A stretch of 64,000 nt of DNA. It comes from Burkholderiales bacterium (GTDB taxonomy: Bacteria; Pseudomonadota; Gammaproteobacteria; Burkholderiales; JAHFRG01). The stretch lies in NCBI GenBank assembly GCA_035624535.1, contig DASPRI010000030.1, positions 3,067 to 67,066 on the forward strand. Direction: 5' to 3'. Under the pieces are notes generated by a model. It was not told where the DNA came from, did no database searches, and worked only from the letters and a program-made list of their open reading frames with translations. Made by a program: the position numbers and the translations under genes. Below, piece after piece: positions 1 to 10,065 of the stretch (its first letter is position 1; every line of letters starts with the position of its first letter).

Positions 1-33
1 AAAAGCGCCAGTGTAACGAACTGAATTTAGATT

Positions 34-1479
34 TCAGGGGAACAATTTACCCGGATTGAGGATATTGTTTGGATCAAAGACACGCTTGATGTCTTTCATC
101 AGGGCTAATGTGGGAGCGTCCAATTCCCGCGCAACAAACCCACGTTTCTCGCTTCCCACACCGTGTTCCCCTGAAAGCGTACCGTTAAGTTTCAGCACTA
201 GGTCGAATACTTCGCTCAAGCAAATTTCGGCACGCCGCATCTGATTGGCATCACCCGGATCCACCAGCAGGTTTACGTGTATATTGCCGTTGCCGGCGTG
301 GCCGAAATTGACGTTGGCAACTTCATATTTTTTGCTTAGGCCGGCCAATTCTTTTAGGAGCTCGGGCATTTTTGAAACGGGCACCACGATGTCTTCGTTG
401 ATCTTTTTTGGCGCGATGTCGCGCAGCAGCGGGGCCAGTGCCTTGCGCGCCGCCCACAATCCCTTGGAATCGCTTACCGCTTGGGCGTTCAGCAGCCCGG
501 GATTAGCGCACGCGGGTAGTATTGCTTCGCGGGCTGCTGCGATTTCGCTTTGCGAGCCGTCAATTTCGATCATGAGCATCGCATGCGCATCATCTGGCAC
601 CAGACGGGGATGATGCGCGCGAATCAGGTCCAGGGATCCCTGGTCTAGGAATTCCAGCGCGCTCGGGACCGTAAGCTGCGACATAATTGCGATGATTGCC
701 CGTGCGCAACTCTCTGCGTCCCGATAATAGGCGGTTATGCCTTCCGCAAATGGAGGCAAAGGGCTGAGCTTCAAAGTCGCCTCGGTAATGACGGCAAGCG
801 TGCCTTCCGAACCGACGATGAGTCGCGTGAGGTCGTAACCTACCACTCCCTTGGTGGTATAGCATCCGGTCTTAATCATTTCACCCGTGCCGATCACTGC
901 TTTTAATCCCAGCACATGCTCGCGAGTTGTGCCATATTTCACGGCGTGTGGTCCGCCGGCACAGGTTGCAAGATTTCCGCCAATGCTACAATATGCGGCG
1001 CTGGAGGGATCGGGCGGCCAAAAAAAACCGTGCGTTCTTGCGGCGTCCTGTACGTCCTGGTTCAGCACGCCCGGCTCGGCGACGATTACCCGATTTGAAG
1101 GATCAACGGAAAGAATGCGGAGCATACGTTCCAGCGATAGCGCTAATCCACCTTGCTCAGGCAGGCTACCGCCCGAAGTGCCAGTGCCGCGCCCCCGCGC
1201 AGTGACCGGAATCATGAATTCATTGCAGGTCCTGACAATGGCCTGCACCTGCGCTGCATCGGTAGGAAACACGACGGCGTCCGGCGGGAAAGTTTTGCGA
1301 GTGTTATCGTAGGAGTACGCGTAGCAATCCACCGGGTCGGTGAACAGATTCTCAGGCGGCAGGATCTGGCGCAGACGGCGTGAAAATTCGCTGGATATCA
1401 TCGGAAAAGTCGGAATCCGTTTGACAAGCGAGATTATAGCAGCAGCGGAAATTTGCCTGGGTAGCGCGCGGCCGGCCAA
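34..1479 (-). CDS. glcD: FAD-linked oxidase, GlcD / D-lactate dehydrogenase family
   Basis: 481-aa ORF. It has an FAD-binding N-terminal half (ARGRGTGTSGG) and the C-terminal SGEHGVG motif typical of GlcD-family flavoenzymes. Confidence 0.75.
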   Translation of the reverse strand: MAGRALPRQISAAAIISLVKRIPTFPMISSEFSRRLRQILPPENLFTDPVDCYAYSYDNTRKTFPPDAVVFPTDAAQVQAIVRTCNEFMIPVTARGRGTGTSGGSLPEQGGLALSLERMLRILSVDPSNRVIVAEPGVLNQDVQDAARTHGFFWPPDPSSAAYCSIGGNLATCAGGPHAVKYGTTREHVLGLKAVIGTGEMIKTGCYTTKGVVGYDLTRLIVGSEGTLAVITEATLKLSPLPPFAEGITAYYRDAESCARAIIAIMSQLTVPSALEFLDQGSLDLIRAHHPRLVPDDAHAMLMIEIDGSQSEIAAAREAILPACANPGLLNAQAVSDSKGLWAARKALAPLLRDIAPKKINEDIVVPVSKMPELLKELAGLSKKYEVANVNFGHAGNGNIHVNLLVDPGDANQMRRAEICLSEVFDLVLKLNGTLSGEHGVGSEKRGFVARELDAPTLALMKDIKRVFDPNNILNPGKLFP

Positions 1480-1553
1480 AGTTTGCGTAACGGCACACCA
1501 TTTAACTGCGAAAATGTTTTATACTTGCCCTAAAGTCATCGAGGAAAAAAATT

Positions 1554-1691
1554 ATGTTACTCGCGGCATTCTATGTTTTGGCGATCGCATTAATAATCAT
1601 GCACTACACCGGGTGGCTGGCGAAGCATAACCTGGAATGGCTGTTGTACATCCTGGCACTCACCGTGTTCCCCGCAGTACTTTACCTGTAG
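1554..1691 (+). CDS. Small hypothetical membrane protein (45 aa, two hydrophobic helices)
   Basis: Too short for the ORF track. ATG at 1554 is preceded by GAGGA at 1541-1545. Translation is MLLAAFYVLAIALIIMHYTGWLAKHNLEWLLYILALTVFPAVLYL, ending at TAG 1689-1691. It lies in an otherwise empty intergenic region. Confidence 0.35.
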   Translation: MLLAAFYVLAIALIIMHYTGWLAKHNLEWLLYILALTVFPAVLYL

Positions 1692-1711
1692 CCGAATCGA
1701 CTTGATCCGGG

Positions 1712-2197
1712 TCAAGTCCCCCGGATTTTTGCCATTAGCGCGGTGGTCGAGGTTTTGTGCATAAAAGGTATCGAATACACTTTTCCGCCCCAGGCCGGAA
1801 CCTCTTTTGCTCCCACGATATTTTCAACTTTCCAGTCTCCGCCTTTAACCAAAATATCCGGCCTGCACGCGACAATCAGAGCCAGAGGCGTGTCTTCGTC
1901 GAACCAGGTGACCAAGTCCACCGACTCCAACGCGGCCACCACTGCCGTGCGGTCTGCCAGGGTGTTCACCGGCCGACCATGTCCCTTGTCGAGCCGTTTG
2001 ACAGAAGCATCGGAGTTGACCGCCACCATGAGACTTGCGCCTAATGCTCTTGCCTGAGCAAGATAAGTGACGTGACCGCGATGCAGTAGCTCGAAACAGC
2101 CGTTGGTAAACACCAGCGGCCGCGAGAGCGATGCGAGGCGCGTTGTCAGGAGACCGGGCGCACACAGCTTGCGTTCAAAATCGGGAGGCGGATACAT
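1712..2197 (-). CDS. hldC: D-glycero-beta-D-manno-heptose 1-phosphate adenylyltransferase (RfaE domain II type)
   Basis: 161 aa with the cytidylyltransferase signature [17 protein letters not shown]. Size and sequence match stand-alone HldC. Confidence 0.85.
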   Translation of the reverse strand: MYPPPDFERKLCAPGLLTTRLASLSRPLVFTNGCFELLHRGHVTYLAQARALGASLMVAVNSDASVKRLDKGHGRPVNTLADRTAVVAALESVDLVTWFDEDTPLALIVACRPDILVKGGDWKVENIVGAKEVPAWGGKVYSIPFMHKTSTTALMAKIRGT

Positions 2198-2315
2198 TGC
2201 TCAGGCTGGCAAGTTTATCACGCCCCAACAAGTTTACTGAGGTAACGGTTGAGTTCGTGCGGTGAATTAAAAATGCTGGCGACCCGAATCGATTACATCA
2301 AATATGAGCGAGGCG

Positions 2316-3517
<1,202 letters not shown>

Positions 3518-3567
3518 TTACGCTCACGGATCGCCTTGTCGATAGCATATTGTGCGGCATTTTCCCG

Positions 3568-3918
3568 CTATTCTTCAAACGCGCTTTTTATCCACTCAAT
3601 ATCCCGCCGGCGCATTCCGCTTAGCAATACCGCGTCGAAACGGCAAGGTGCAGTTCCCCGTCTGGAAGCGAGGTAGTGACGTGCTGCCTTAAGCAGCTTT
3701 TCACGCTTTTTGGCGGTTATGCTTGCCGCCGCGCCGCCGAAATTGGCGTCAGTACGCAACCGCACTTCTGCAAACACCAAAGTGTCGCCGTCGCGAAGTA
3801 CCAGATCGATCTCGCCGAAGCGGCAGCGATAGTTGGTTTCCAATAATTTTAAACCTTGGTTTTGCAGAAAGGTCGCCGCTACGCGTTCCGCCGCAAGACC
3901 TTCAGCGTTTCGGTTCAT
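3568..3918 (-). CDS. yraN: YraN-family (UPF0102) predicted endonuclease
   Basis: 116 aa with a GEIDLV core, positioned between lpoA and the SIS gene as in the enterobacterial yraM-yraN-diaA-yraP block. Confidence 0.85.
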   Translation of the reverse strand: MNRNAEGLAAERVAATFLQNQGLKLLETNYRCRFGEIDLVLRDGDTLVFAEVRLRTDANFGGAAASITAKKREKLLKAARHYLASRRGTAPCRFDAVLLSGMRRRDIEWIKSAFEE

Positions 3919-5044
3919 ACAGCACTACGGCTTGGCCCCGATAAAATATCGCGGGGGTCAGTTCGCGTACGAACTGGTGATCGGAACTGAGGCTGATCTG
4001 TCCGGTTACACCATCAAGGGCATAGCCGGAATGCGCCCCAATCGTGGTCAAATCCTGGGAAATTCGGAACGCATCTATGCCTAAGGCATAGAGCCTTTCG
4101 AGGTCGACAATCACCGCATTTTTCGGACGCGGGTAAACCATTACGGCTGGATGATCGGATTGCAGTAGCCACGGCATATCGACAAAGCGTACCCCATTAA
4201 GATCTAGATTCAAAGTGCCCAGGCCGTTTCCGCTAAAGATCTGCGATGTTCCGTAAATGTTTACAGCTAAATCGATATAAGGCCGGACTAGGCGCGCATT
4301 CTTCGCCTCGAGCGCGAGGAAAATCATATCGGCTTCGCTTATTTCCACGGCCTGCTTAAGTGTCATCAAGCTGCTCTGTTCGCCGTTGAAAAGCAGCTGC
4401 CTAACAATTACGCCACCCAGTTTTTGCCATTCGTCGGCAAACGCTTCCTGCATGCGGCTGTCAAGCGGAGTGTCGGCGCTGATGATCAGCGCTTTGCGCT
4501 TGCCATCGTGCCAAGCCAACCTAGCGATTTGTCGTGTTTCGTTTTCAACCTGCAGGCTGAAAGTGAACAGGTACGGCGGCAATTCCGGGGAATCTTCCGG
4601 CACATTGAGTGCGAGTGTGGGAACGCGCACCATGCCGCTGATCGCTAAAGCCGTGACGGAATCCCGGGTAAGCGGGCCGACTACGACCTGCGCTCCCGCG
4701 TCCAGCGCGAGTTGATAGGTCGCAAGGATTTCATCTGTTTGCTCGCTTGTGGCGTAGGTTCTGACCGGCAGGCGGCTGCCGCCCTGGCGGCTCGCGGCGG
4801 CGATAAAGCCTTGCCGCGTGATTTCCGCAGCGCCGCCGAATGATTCCGATTTTAAAGGCAGGATTAAAGCAATATGCGGCTTGGGCGGTCCGGATTGGGT
4901 GTTAGCGGCAGCCGGCTTGGCTGGCACAGTTTGCCCTGCTGACGGCACCCCGTTTTCGGCGCGTGTGGCAAATGCTATGGCACATCCGTATAGTATTGCC
5001 AACAGCGTTAGCAGAAAGGCCGGCAAGCGTTGCATCGAATACAC
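3902..5044 (-). CDS. lpoA: Penicillin-binding protein activator LpoA-like lipoprotein
   Basis: 380 aa with a signal peptide and lipobox (LYGC) and a periplasmic-binding-protein-like body. It is divergent from rsmI, as yraM is from yraL. The start is uncertain (M1 or M4). Confidence 0.7.
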   Translation of the reverse strand: MYSMQRLPAFLLTLLAILYGCAIAFATRAENGVPSAGQTVPAKPAAANTQSGPPKPHIALILPLKSESFGGAAEITRQGFIAAASRQGGSRLPVRTYATSEQTDEILATYQLALDAGAQVVVGPLTRDSVTALAISGMVRVPTLALNVPEDSPELPPYLFTFSLQVENETRQIARLAWHDGKRKALIISADTPLDSRMQEAFADEWQKLGGVIVRQLLFNGEQSSLMTLKQAVEISEADMIFLALEAKNARLVRPYIDLAVNIYGTSQIFSGNGLGTLNLDLNGVRFVDMPWLLQSDHPAVMVYPRPKNAVIVDLERLYALGIDAFRISQDLTTIGAHSGYALDGVTGQISLSSDHQFVRELTPAIFYRGQAVVLYEPKR

Positions 5045-5890
5045 AACAAGGCGGGTAAGCCTCTATTATATGTAGTTGCTACCCCGATTGGAAATTTGCA
5101 GGACATCACCCTGCGAGCTCTGGAAGTATTGAAACAGGTGGACGTTGTGGCTGCGGAGGATACCCGCGTTACTTCCCGTCTGCTTAGGCATTTTCAAATT
5201 CCCGCAACAACGATGGTCTTGCGAGAACATACCGAAAAGCGCATTGCCGAAAAGATAGTTGCGCTGTTGCAGCAGGGGAAATCAGTCGCGTTAGTAAGCG
5301 ATGCCGGAACGCCCGGAATAAGCGATCCCGGCGCCATTGCGGTAAGCCGCGTGCGACAGGCCGGATACCGCGTCGTTCCTGTGCCCGGCGCGAATGCCGC
5401 GGTCAGCGCACTGTCGGTTTCTGGCACTCAAGCACTGCATTTTCTATATTACGGTTTTTTGCCGAGCAAAGCCTCGGCGCGGCGTCGCGAGCTGGAAAAT
5501 TTAAAGAGCCTGCCTTTTTTGCTGATATTTTACGAGGCGCCGCATCGTATTTTGGAAAGCATTGCGGACATGCAGGCAGTATTTGGCGGCGAACGCGGTG
5601 TGACAATTGCGCGCGAGCTCACCAAGTTGTTCGAGGATATATACAGCGGCACTTTGGATACGTCGCTCGAATGGTTGGGCCAGGATAAAGATCGTCAGAA
5701 AGGCGAGTTTGTGGTGCTGGTTTCGGGGGCTGGAGCGCGGAATGCGACTTTGAACGATGTAACTCGTTTGTTGACTATTCTCCTGCACGAACTACCGCTC
5801 AAGCAGGCGGTTAAACTTGCGTCGCAGATCAGCGGCGCGAATAGGAAAACGCTTTACGCTGCGGCTTTGCAAATCAAAGGGAACCCTTGA
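5030..5890 (+). CDS. rsmI: 16S rRNA (cytidine1402-2'-O)-methyltransferase
   Basis: 286 aa with the N-terminal LYVVATPIGNLQDITLRALE motif and a tetrapyrrole-methylase fold typical of RsmI. Confidence 0.9.
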   Translation: MHRIHNKAGKPLLYVVATPIGNLQDITLRALEVLKQVDVVAAEDTRVTSRLLRHFQIPATTMVLREHTEKRIAEKIVALLQQGKSVALVSDAGTPGISDPGAIAVSRVRQAGYRVVPVPGANAAVSALSVSGTQALHFLYYGFLPSKASARRRELENLKSLPFLLIFYEAPHRILESIADMQAVFGGERGVTIARELTKLFEDIYSGTLDTSLEWLGQDKDRQKGEFVVLVSGAGARNATLNDVTRLLTILLHELPLKQAVKLASQISGANRKTLYAAALQIKGNP

Positions 5891-5928
5891 AGGTATAATG
5901 CGAGAATCAAAATAAGAGGAACGGGTAA

Positions 5929-6960
5929 TTGCAGCGCATAACTTTCACCCGCCCGGACGATTGGCATGTGCATCTGCGCGATGGCGATGAGCTGCGGGCT
6001 GTGGTTAAAGATACTGCACGACGCTTTGCGCGTGCCATTGTCATGCCTAATCTCGAGCCGCCGATTACGACCGCCAAAATGGCGATGGCTTACCGGCGCC
6101 GTATCCTGGACGCTCTTCCGAAGCGATCAAAATTCCGGCCGCTGATGACTTTGTATTTGACCGCCAATGCCGATCCGAAGGAGATCATCGAAGCCAAACG
6201 CAGCGGTATTGTTTACGGAATGAAATATTATCCTGCCGGCGCCACCACTCATTCCGCTTCAGGAGTGACCGACCCGGAGAAAATTTTTGCGGCGCTAGAA
6301 GAAATGCAAAAACAGGATCTACCCCTTTTGGTGCATGGTGAAGTGACTGATCCGGAAGTCGATGTATTCGACCGCGAGCAAGTATTTATTGAGCGGGTGC
6401 TATCACGGGTAACACAACGCTTTCCACGGCTGCGAATCGTATTCGAACATATTACAACGCGCGAGGCGGTGGAGTATGTAAAAAGTGCGCCAGATAATAT
6501 CGCGGCAACCATAACGGCTCACCATCTGCTGCTGAATCGCAATGCAATGTTTTCCGGCGGCCTGCGACCCCACCATTTTTGCTTGCCTTTATTAAAGAGA
6601 GATTCACACCGGCAATCACTGATCAAGGCGGCGACCAGCGGCAATCCCAAATTTTTCCTTGGAAGCGATAGCGCGCCGCACTCAAAATCCAGCAAGCAGG
6701 CGGGGAGCGGCTGTGCCGGGATTTACACCGCACACGCGGCAATCGAGCTGTACACTGAGGCCTTTGAACTGGCCGGAGCACTCGACAAACTGGAAGCATT
6801 CGCCAGTTTCCATGGCGCTGATTTTTACCGATTGCCGCGAAACACCGATAAGATTGCGCTTGCCCGGCACAGCTGGAGAGTGCCGCGCAGCCTGCGTTTC
6901 GGAAAACAGAGCCTCATTCCCTTACGGGCGGGTGAAACCGTCAACTGGCAGTTGATCTAG
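5929..6960 (+). CDS. pyrC: Dihydroorotase, homodimeric (class II) type
   Basis: 343 aa beginning RPDDWHVHLRDG. The metal-binding motifs and overall length match PyrC. The start codon is TTG. Confidence 0.9.
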   Translation: MQRITFTRPDDWHVHLRDGDELRAVVKDTARRFARAIVMPNLEPPITTAKMAMAYRRRILDALPKRSKFRPLMTLYLTANADPKEIIEAKRSGIVYGMKYYPAGATTHSASGVTDPEKIFAALEEMQKQDLPLLVHGEVTDPEVDVFDREQVFIERVLSRVTQRFPRLRIVFEHITTREAVEYVKSAPDNIAATITAHHLLLNRNAMFSGGLRPHHFCLPLLKRDSHRQSLIKAATSGNPKFFLGSDSAPHSKSSKQAGSGCAGIYTAHAAIELYTEAFELAGALDKLEAFASFHGADFYRLPRNTDKIALARHSWRVPRSLRFGKQSLIPLRAGETVNWQLI

Positions 6961-6981
6961 GCGAACTGGTTAATTGCACAT

Positions 6982-7010
6982 AAAGTCCGCCCGATGCGGA
7001 GCTTTGTTTT
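6982..7010 (+). terminator. Possible intrinsic terminator between convergent pyrC and the DUF1269-like gene
   Basis: Hairpin AAAGTCCGC-CCGAT-GCGGAGCTTT followed by GTTTT. The stem is short and has a bulge. Confidence 0.35.
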
Positions 7011-7061
7011 CCAGCGACGAACTCCGCGCCTTCCGTGACGCAGGATCGCAATCCGTCTAGC

Positions 7062-7574
7062 TTACGGAAACGCGGGAATCGTCGGCTCCACTCCTCCTAG
7101 TGCGGCTTCCGGATGGCGCTTTTCTACTAACGCATGTATTTGTTCTACTTTGCGAGCCGGGACGTCTACCATCATCAGAATCTTTCCTTCTTCGATGTCC
7201 TTGGCAAATATCGATAGCTTGGAATTCGGCACCGCGCTGGCCACCAAGCTGGACACCCAGGCGCCCAGAACCGCACCTATCAATGCAGCAATCAAAACTG
7301 TAACCAATTGCAAGCTTACCCCTTCGGGAGGCGCGAATACCATCAGAATGCCAACCGCCGTTCCCCCGGCGCCGCCCAGGACCAGCCCCAATTCTGCCCC
7401 GTGCACAACATCGGTTTTTTGCAAGACATTCGCTTCGTGGAGATTGCCTAGAGGAGCGTCACGACGGGCCAGGCAATGGATATGGCTTTCTTCGACGCGG
7501 GAAAGCAATAAATCATTCATAGTCTGCTGGGCGCTTGCAACATCCGGAAGGACAAAATATAGCCTTCTTCTCAT
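7062..7574 (-). CDS. Predicted membrane protein (DUF1269-like)
   Basis: 170 aa with a soluble N-terminal domain, two central glycine-rich hydrophobic helices (LGLVLGGAGGTAVGILMVF and LIAALIGAVLGAWVSSLV) and a soluble C-terminus. Confidence 0.55.
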   Translation of the reverse strand: MRRRLYFVLPDVASAQQTMNDLLLSRVEESHIHCLARRDAPLGNLHEANVLQKTDVVHGAELGLVLGGAGGTAVGILMVFAPPEGVSLQLVTVLIAALIGAVLGAWVSSLVASAVPNSKLSIFAKDIEEGKILMMVDVPARKVEQIHALVEKRHPEAALGGVEPTIPAFP

Positions 7575-7772
7575 TTGAGCCTCCTGTTTAGTCCGATCGC
7601 CAACACGTTACATCATTCATTTTGGTCGTAAAGCAGGCGAAAAGTTGCACGCCATCCCTCTCTCCTTCCTGGTGAATTAAGCTCCTCGAAATCAGTGCGC
7701 GAATTGGCTACTGACGCGCGCAAACGGCGAGATCTTAAAGCCCTCGGGGGTTTTCGTGATAATATTAATCAC

Positions 7773-8094
7773 GAAGCTGGCCAGACAGTCGCTGTACATA
7801 TCTTCAATATGTATAGAGGAAAGTCCGGGCTCCGCAGAGCAGGATGCCGGCTAACTGCCGGACGCCGTGAGGCGATGAACAGGGCCACAGAGACGAGTCG
7901 TAGCCGACGCTAGCTGCGCAGCTGCGGGTGAAACGAGGTAACCTCCATCCGGAGCAAGACCAAGTAGGGAAGCATTGACGCGGCTCGCGTAGCTTCCGGG
8001 TAGGTTGCTTGAGTGTGCGAGTAATCGCACGCCTAGAGAAATGACTGTCAAGGGAGCCATATCCCTAACAGAACCCGGCTTATAGGCCAGCTTC
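7773..8094 (+). ncRNA. rnpB: RNase P RNA, bacterial type A
   Basis: P1 pairing between GAAGCTGGCC (5' end) and GGCCAGCTTC (3' end). Universally conserved blocks are present: GAGGAAAGTCCGGGCTCC near the 5' end and ACAGAACCCGGCTTATAGG near the 3' end. A T-rich tract follows. Confidence 0.85.
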
Positions 8095-8255
8095 TCCCTA
8101 TTCCGCTTTCTTTTTTTGTCTGATCGTCCCCAGGCGAGATTTCTTTTCTTTCTCCCAAATGCTGCGTATCTAGCTATTTATTAAGAAGAATTAATAAAAT
8201 CCACGAAATATCACTTAAGTATCTGTCCCATAAAAGAAAAGGCTCGATTTTGTGC

Positions 8256-8284
8256 TTGACCTTGCCTTTTTTTTATTCTAGAGT
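8256..8284 (+). promoter_or_regulatory. Candidate dcw (Pmra) promoter
   Basis: TTGACC (8256-8261), a 17-nt spacer, then TAGAGT (8279-8284), about 60 nt upstream of the mraZ ATG. Two TGGGA motifs (8284-8288 and 8304-8308), 20 nt apart just downstream, resemble MraZ operator repeats. Confidence 0.35.
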
Positions 8285-8342
8285 GGGAAATAGTAGTAAA
8301 AGATGGGATTGCTCGGAAAATCCGAACCATATTGGGGGGAGT

Positions 8343-8789
8343 ATGTTTCAGGGAGCGTCAACGATCAATCTGGACGCAAAAGGCCGACTCGCCGTGCCGA
8401 CGCGCCATCGCGACGCCCTACAAAATCAAGGCGCGGGGAAACTCGTGCTAACCGCCCACCCCGACAGTTGCCTCCTGCTTTACCCCTATGCGGCTTGGGA
8501 GCCGATACGAGCGAAAGTCATGGGTTTCCCCAGCATCGACCGACAAGCAAGTCTCTGGAAGCGCTTGCTGGTTGGGTTCGCTGAAGAAGTGGAGCTTGAC
8601 GCCGCGGGACGCGTGTTGATTTCTCCGGAGCTTCGTTCCTTTGCCGCTCTCGAGAAGCGCGTGATGATGGTCGGCCAAGGCAGCCATTTCGAAATTTGGA
8701 ACTTGGAAGCCTGGAATAAACAACTGGAACAAATTACCGCGCAAGACATCAATGCACTGCCACCAGGCATGGAGAATTTCTCACTGTGA
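8343..8789 (+). CDS. mraZ: Transcriptional regulator MraZ
   Basis: Translation begins MFQGASTINLDAKGRLAVPTRHRD, the typical MraZ N-terminus. ATG 8343 follows a GGGGGGAG ribosome-binding site. The track ORF start at 8250 is an upstream extension. Confidence 0.9.
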   Translation: MFQGASTINLDAKGRLAVPTRHRDALQNQGAGKLVLTAHPDSCLLLYPYAAWEPIRAKVMGFPSIDRQASLWKRLLVGFAEEVELDAAGRVLISPELRSFAALEKRVMMVGQGSHFEIWNLEAWNKQLEQITAQDINALPPGMENFSL

Positions 8790-8797
8790 GTTCGTAA

Positions 8798-9772
8798 ATG
8801 AACTCGCAGCATGTAGCAGTTTTATTGAACGAAGCAATCGAGGCCCTCAACGTTCGGCCCGACGGAGTTTACGTGGACAGCACGTTCGGCCAAGGTGGAC
8901 ACAGCCGGGCGATTCTACGAAAGCTCTCGGCAAAAGGGCGCTTGATTGCGTTGGATAAAGATATGGTAGCGATTGCCGCAGGGCGTGCGCTTACAGACTC
9001 TCGATTCTGCATTGTACGCAGCAGCTTCAGCAGATTGCGCGAGGTACTTCTGGAGCTGAATGTGCCCCAAGTGGACGGCGTGTTACTCGATCTTGGAGTG
9101 TCCGCAATGCAGCTACAGGAGCCGGCGCGCGGCTTCAGCTTCCGTTTAGATGGGCCGCTGGACATGCGCATGGATACAAGCCGTGGGCAAACTGCTGCGC
9201 AGTGGCTAGCGAGTGCTTCGGAAAAGGAGATCGGGGAGGTCATAAAGAAATATGGCGAGGAACGGTTTGCTAAACAGATTGCAAGAAAGATTGTTGCGGC
9301 TCGAGCGCGGGGACCTGTTCGCACCACGCGGCAACTTGCCCAGATCGTGGCAAAAGCCGTTCTCACGCGCGAGCCAGGCCAGGATCCGGCGACACGCACA
9401 TTTCAAGCTTTACGGATTCACATCAATCAGGAACTCGAGGAATTGTCGATAGTCTTGCCACAAGCGGTCGATTTGCTGCGGTCCTTAGGCAGGCTGGTGG
9501 TCATCAGCTTTCACTCGCTTGAAGACCGAATGGTAAAACGTTTTATGCGCGCAATGTCGAAATGTGAATCGTTGCCGGAAAAATTGCCGATACGAGCCGT
9601 AGACGCAGCGCAACCGAAATTGCGCCTGATTGGAAAGCCGATCAAGCCAAGCCATGAAGAAATACGCGCTAATCCGCGAGCGCGTAGCGCCGTGCTGCGC
9701 GTTGCCGAGCGTATTGAAACAACAAGAAATGCAAACATGGCAGGCGCGGTTGACCCCCGGAGGGGTGGTTAG
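8798..9772 (+). CDS. rsmH: 16S rRNA (cytosine1402-N4)-methyltransferase
   Basis: 324 aa with an [13 protein letters not shown] start, [10 protein letters not shown] and DLGVS motifs, and the expected dcw position. Confidence 0.95.
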   Translation: MNSQHVAVLLNEAIEALNVRPDGVYVDSTFGQGGHSRAILRKLSAKGRLIALDKDMVAIAAGRALTDSRFCIVRSSFSRLREVLLELNVPQVDGVLLDLGVSAMQLQEPARGFSFRLDGPLDMRMDTSRGQTAAQWLASASEKEIGEVIKKYGEERFAKQIARKIVAARARGPVRTTRQLAQIVAKAVLTREPGQDPATRTFQALRIHINQELEELSIVLPQAVDLLRSLGRLVVISFHSLEDRMVKRFMRAMSKCESLPEKLPIRAVDAAQPKLRLIGKPIKPSHEEIRANPRARSAVLRVAERIETTRNANMAGAVDPRRGG

Positions 9773-9774
9773 CG

Positions 9775-10065
9775 GTGACGAGACTGAATTTTCTGTTGGC
9801 GCTCACGTTAATAGTCTGCGCGCTGGGTGTTGTGACATCACAGCACAAAGCGCGCAAGTTGTTTGCGAAATTGCAGCAAGAACAAGAATTGTCGGCTCAG
9901 CTCGACGTGGAATGGGGCCAGTTGCTACTCGAGCAGAGCACATGGGCGACGCATGCACGTATTGAAAAAATAGCCACCGAAATCTTGCAGATGCGCGTGC
10001 CTGACGGCAAGCGTAGCCAGGTGGTAACACCCGATACCGAGCCAGCGGAGAGAGGACATGAATAG
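9775..10065 (+). CDS. ftsL: Cell division protein FtsL
   Basis: 96 aa with a single N-terminal transmembrane helix followed by a coiled-coil region, lying between rsmH and ftsI. GTG start. Confidence 0.8.
   Translation: MTRLNFLLALTLIVCALGVVTSQHKARKLFAKLQQEQELSAQLDVEWGQLLLEQSTWATHARIEKIATEILQMRVPDGKRSQVVTPDTEPAERGHE

Noticed and set aside
5030-5044. Apparent 15-nt overlap of the divergent start codons of rsmI (+) and lpoA (-).
   Set aside because: This is most likely start-codon ambiguity (lpoA could start at M4, though even that leaves a small overlap). There is nothing to suggest a functional feature.
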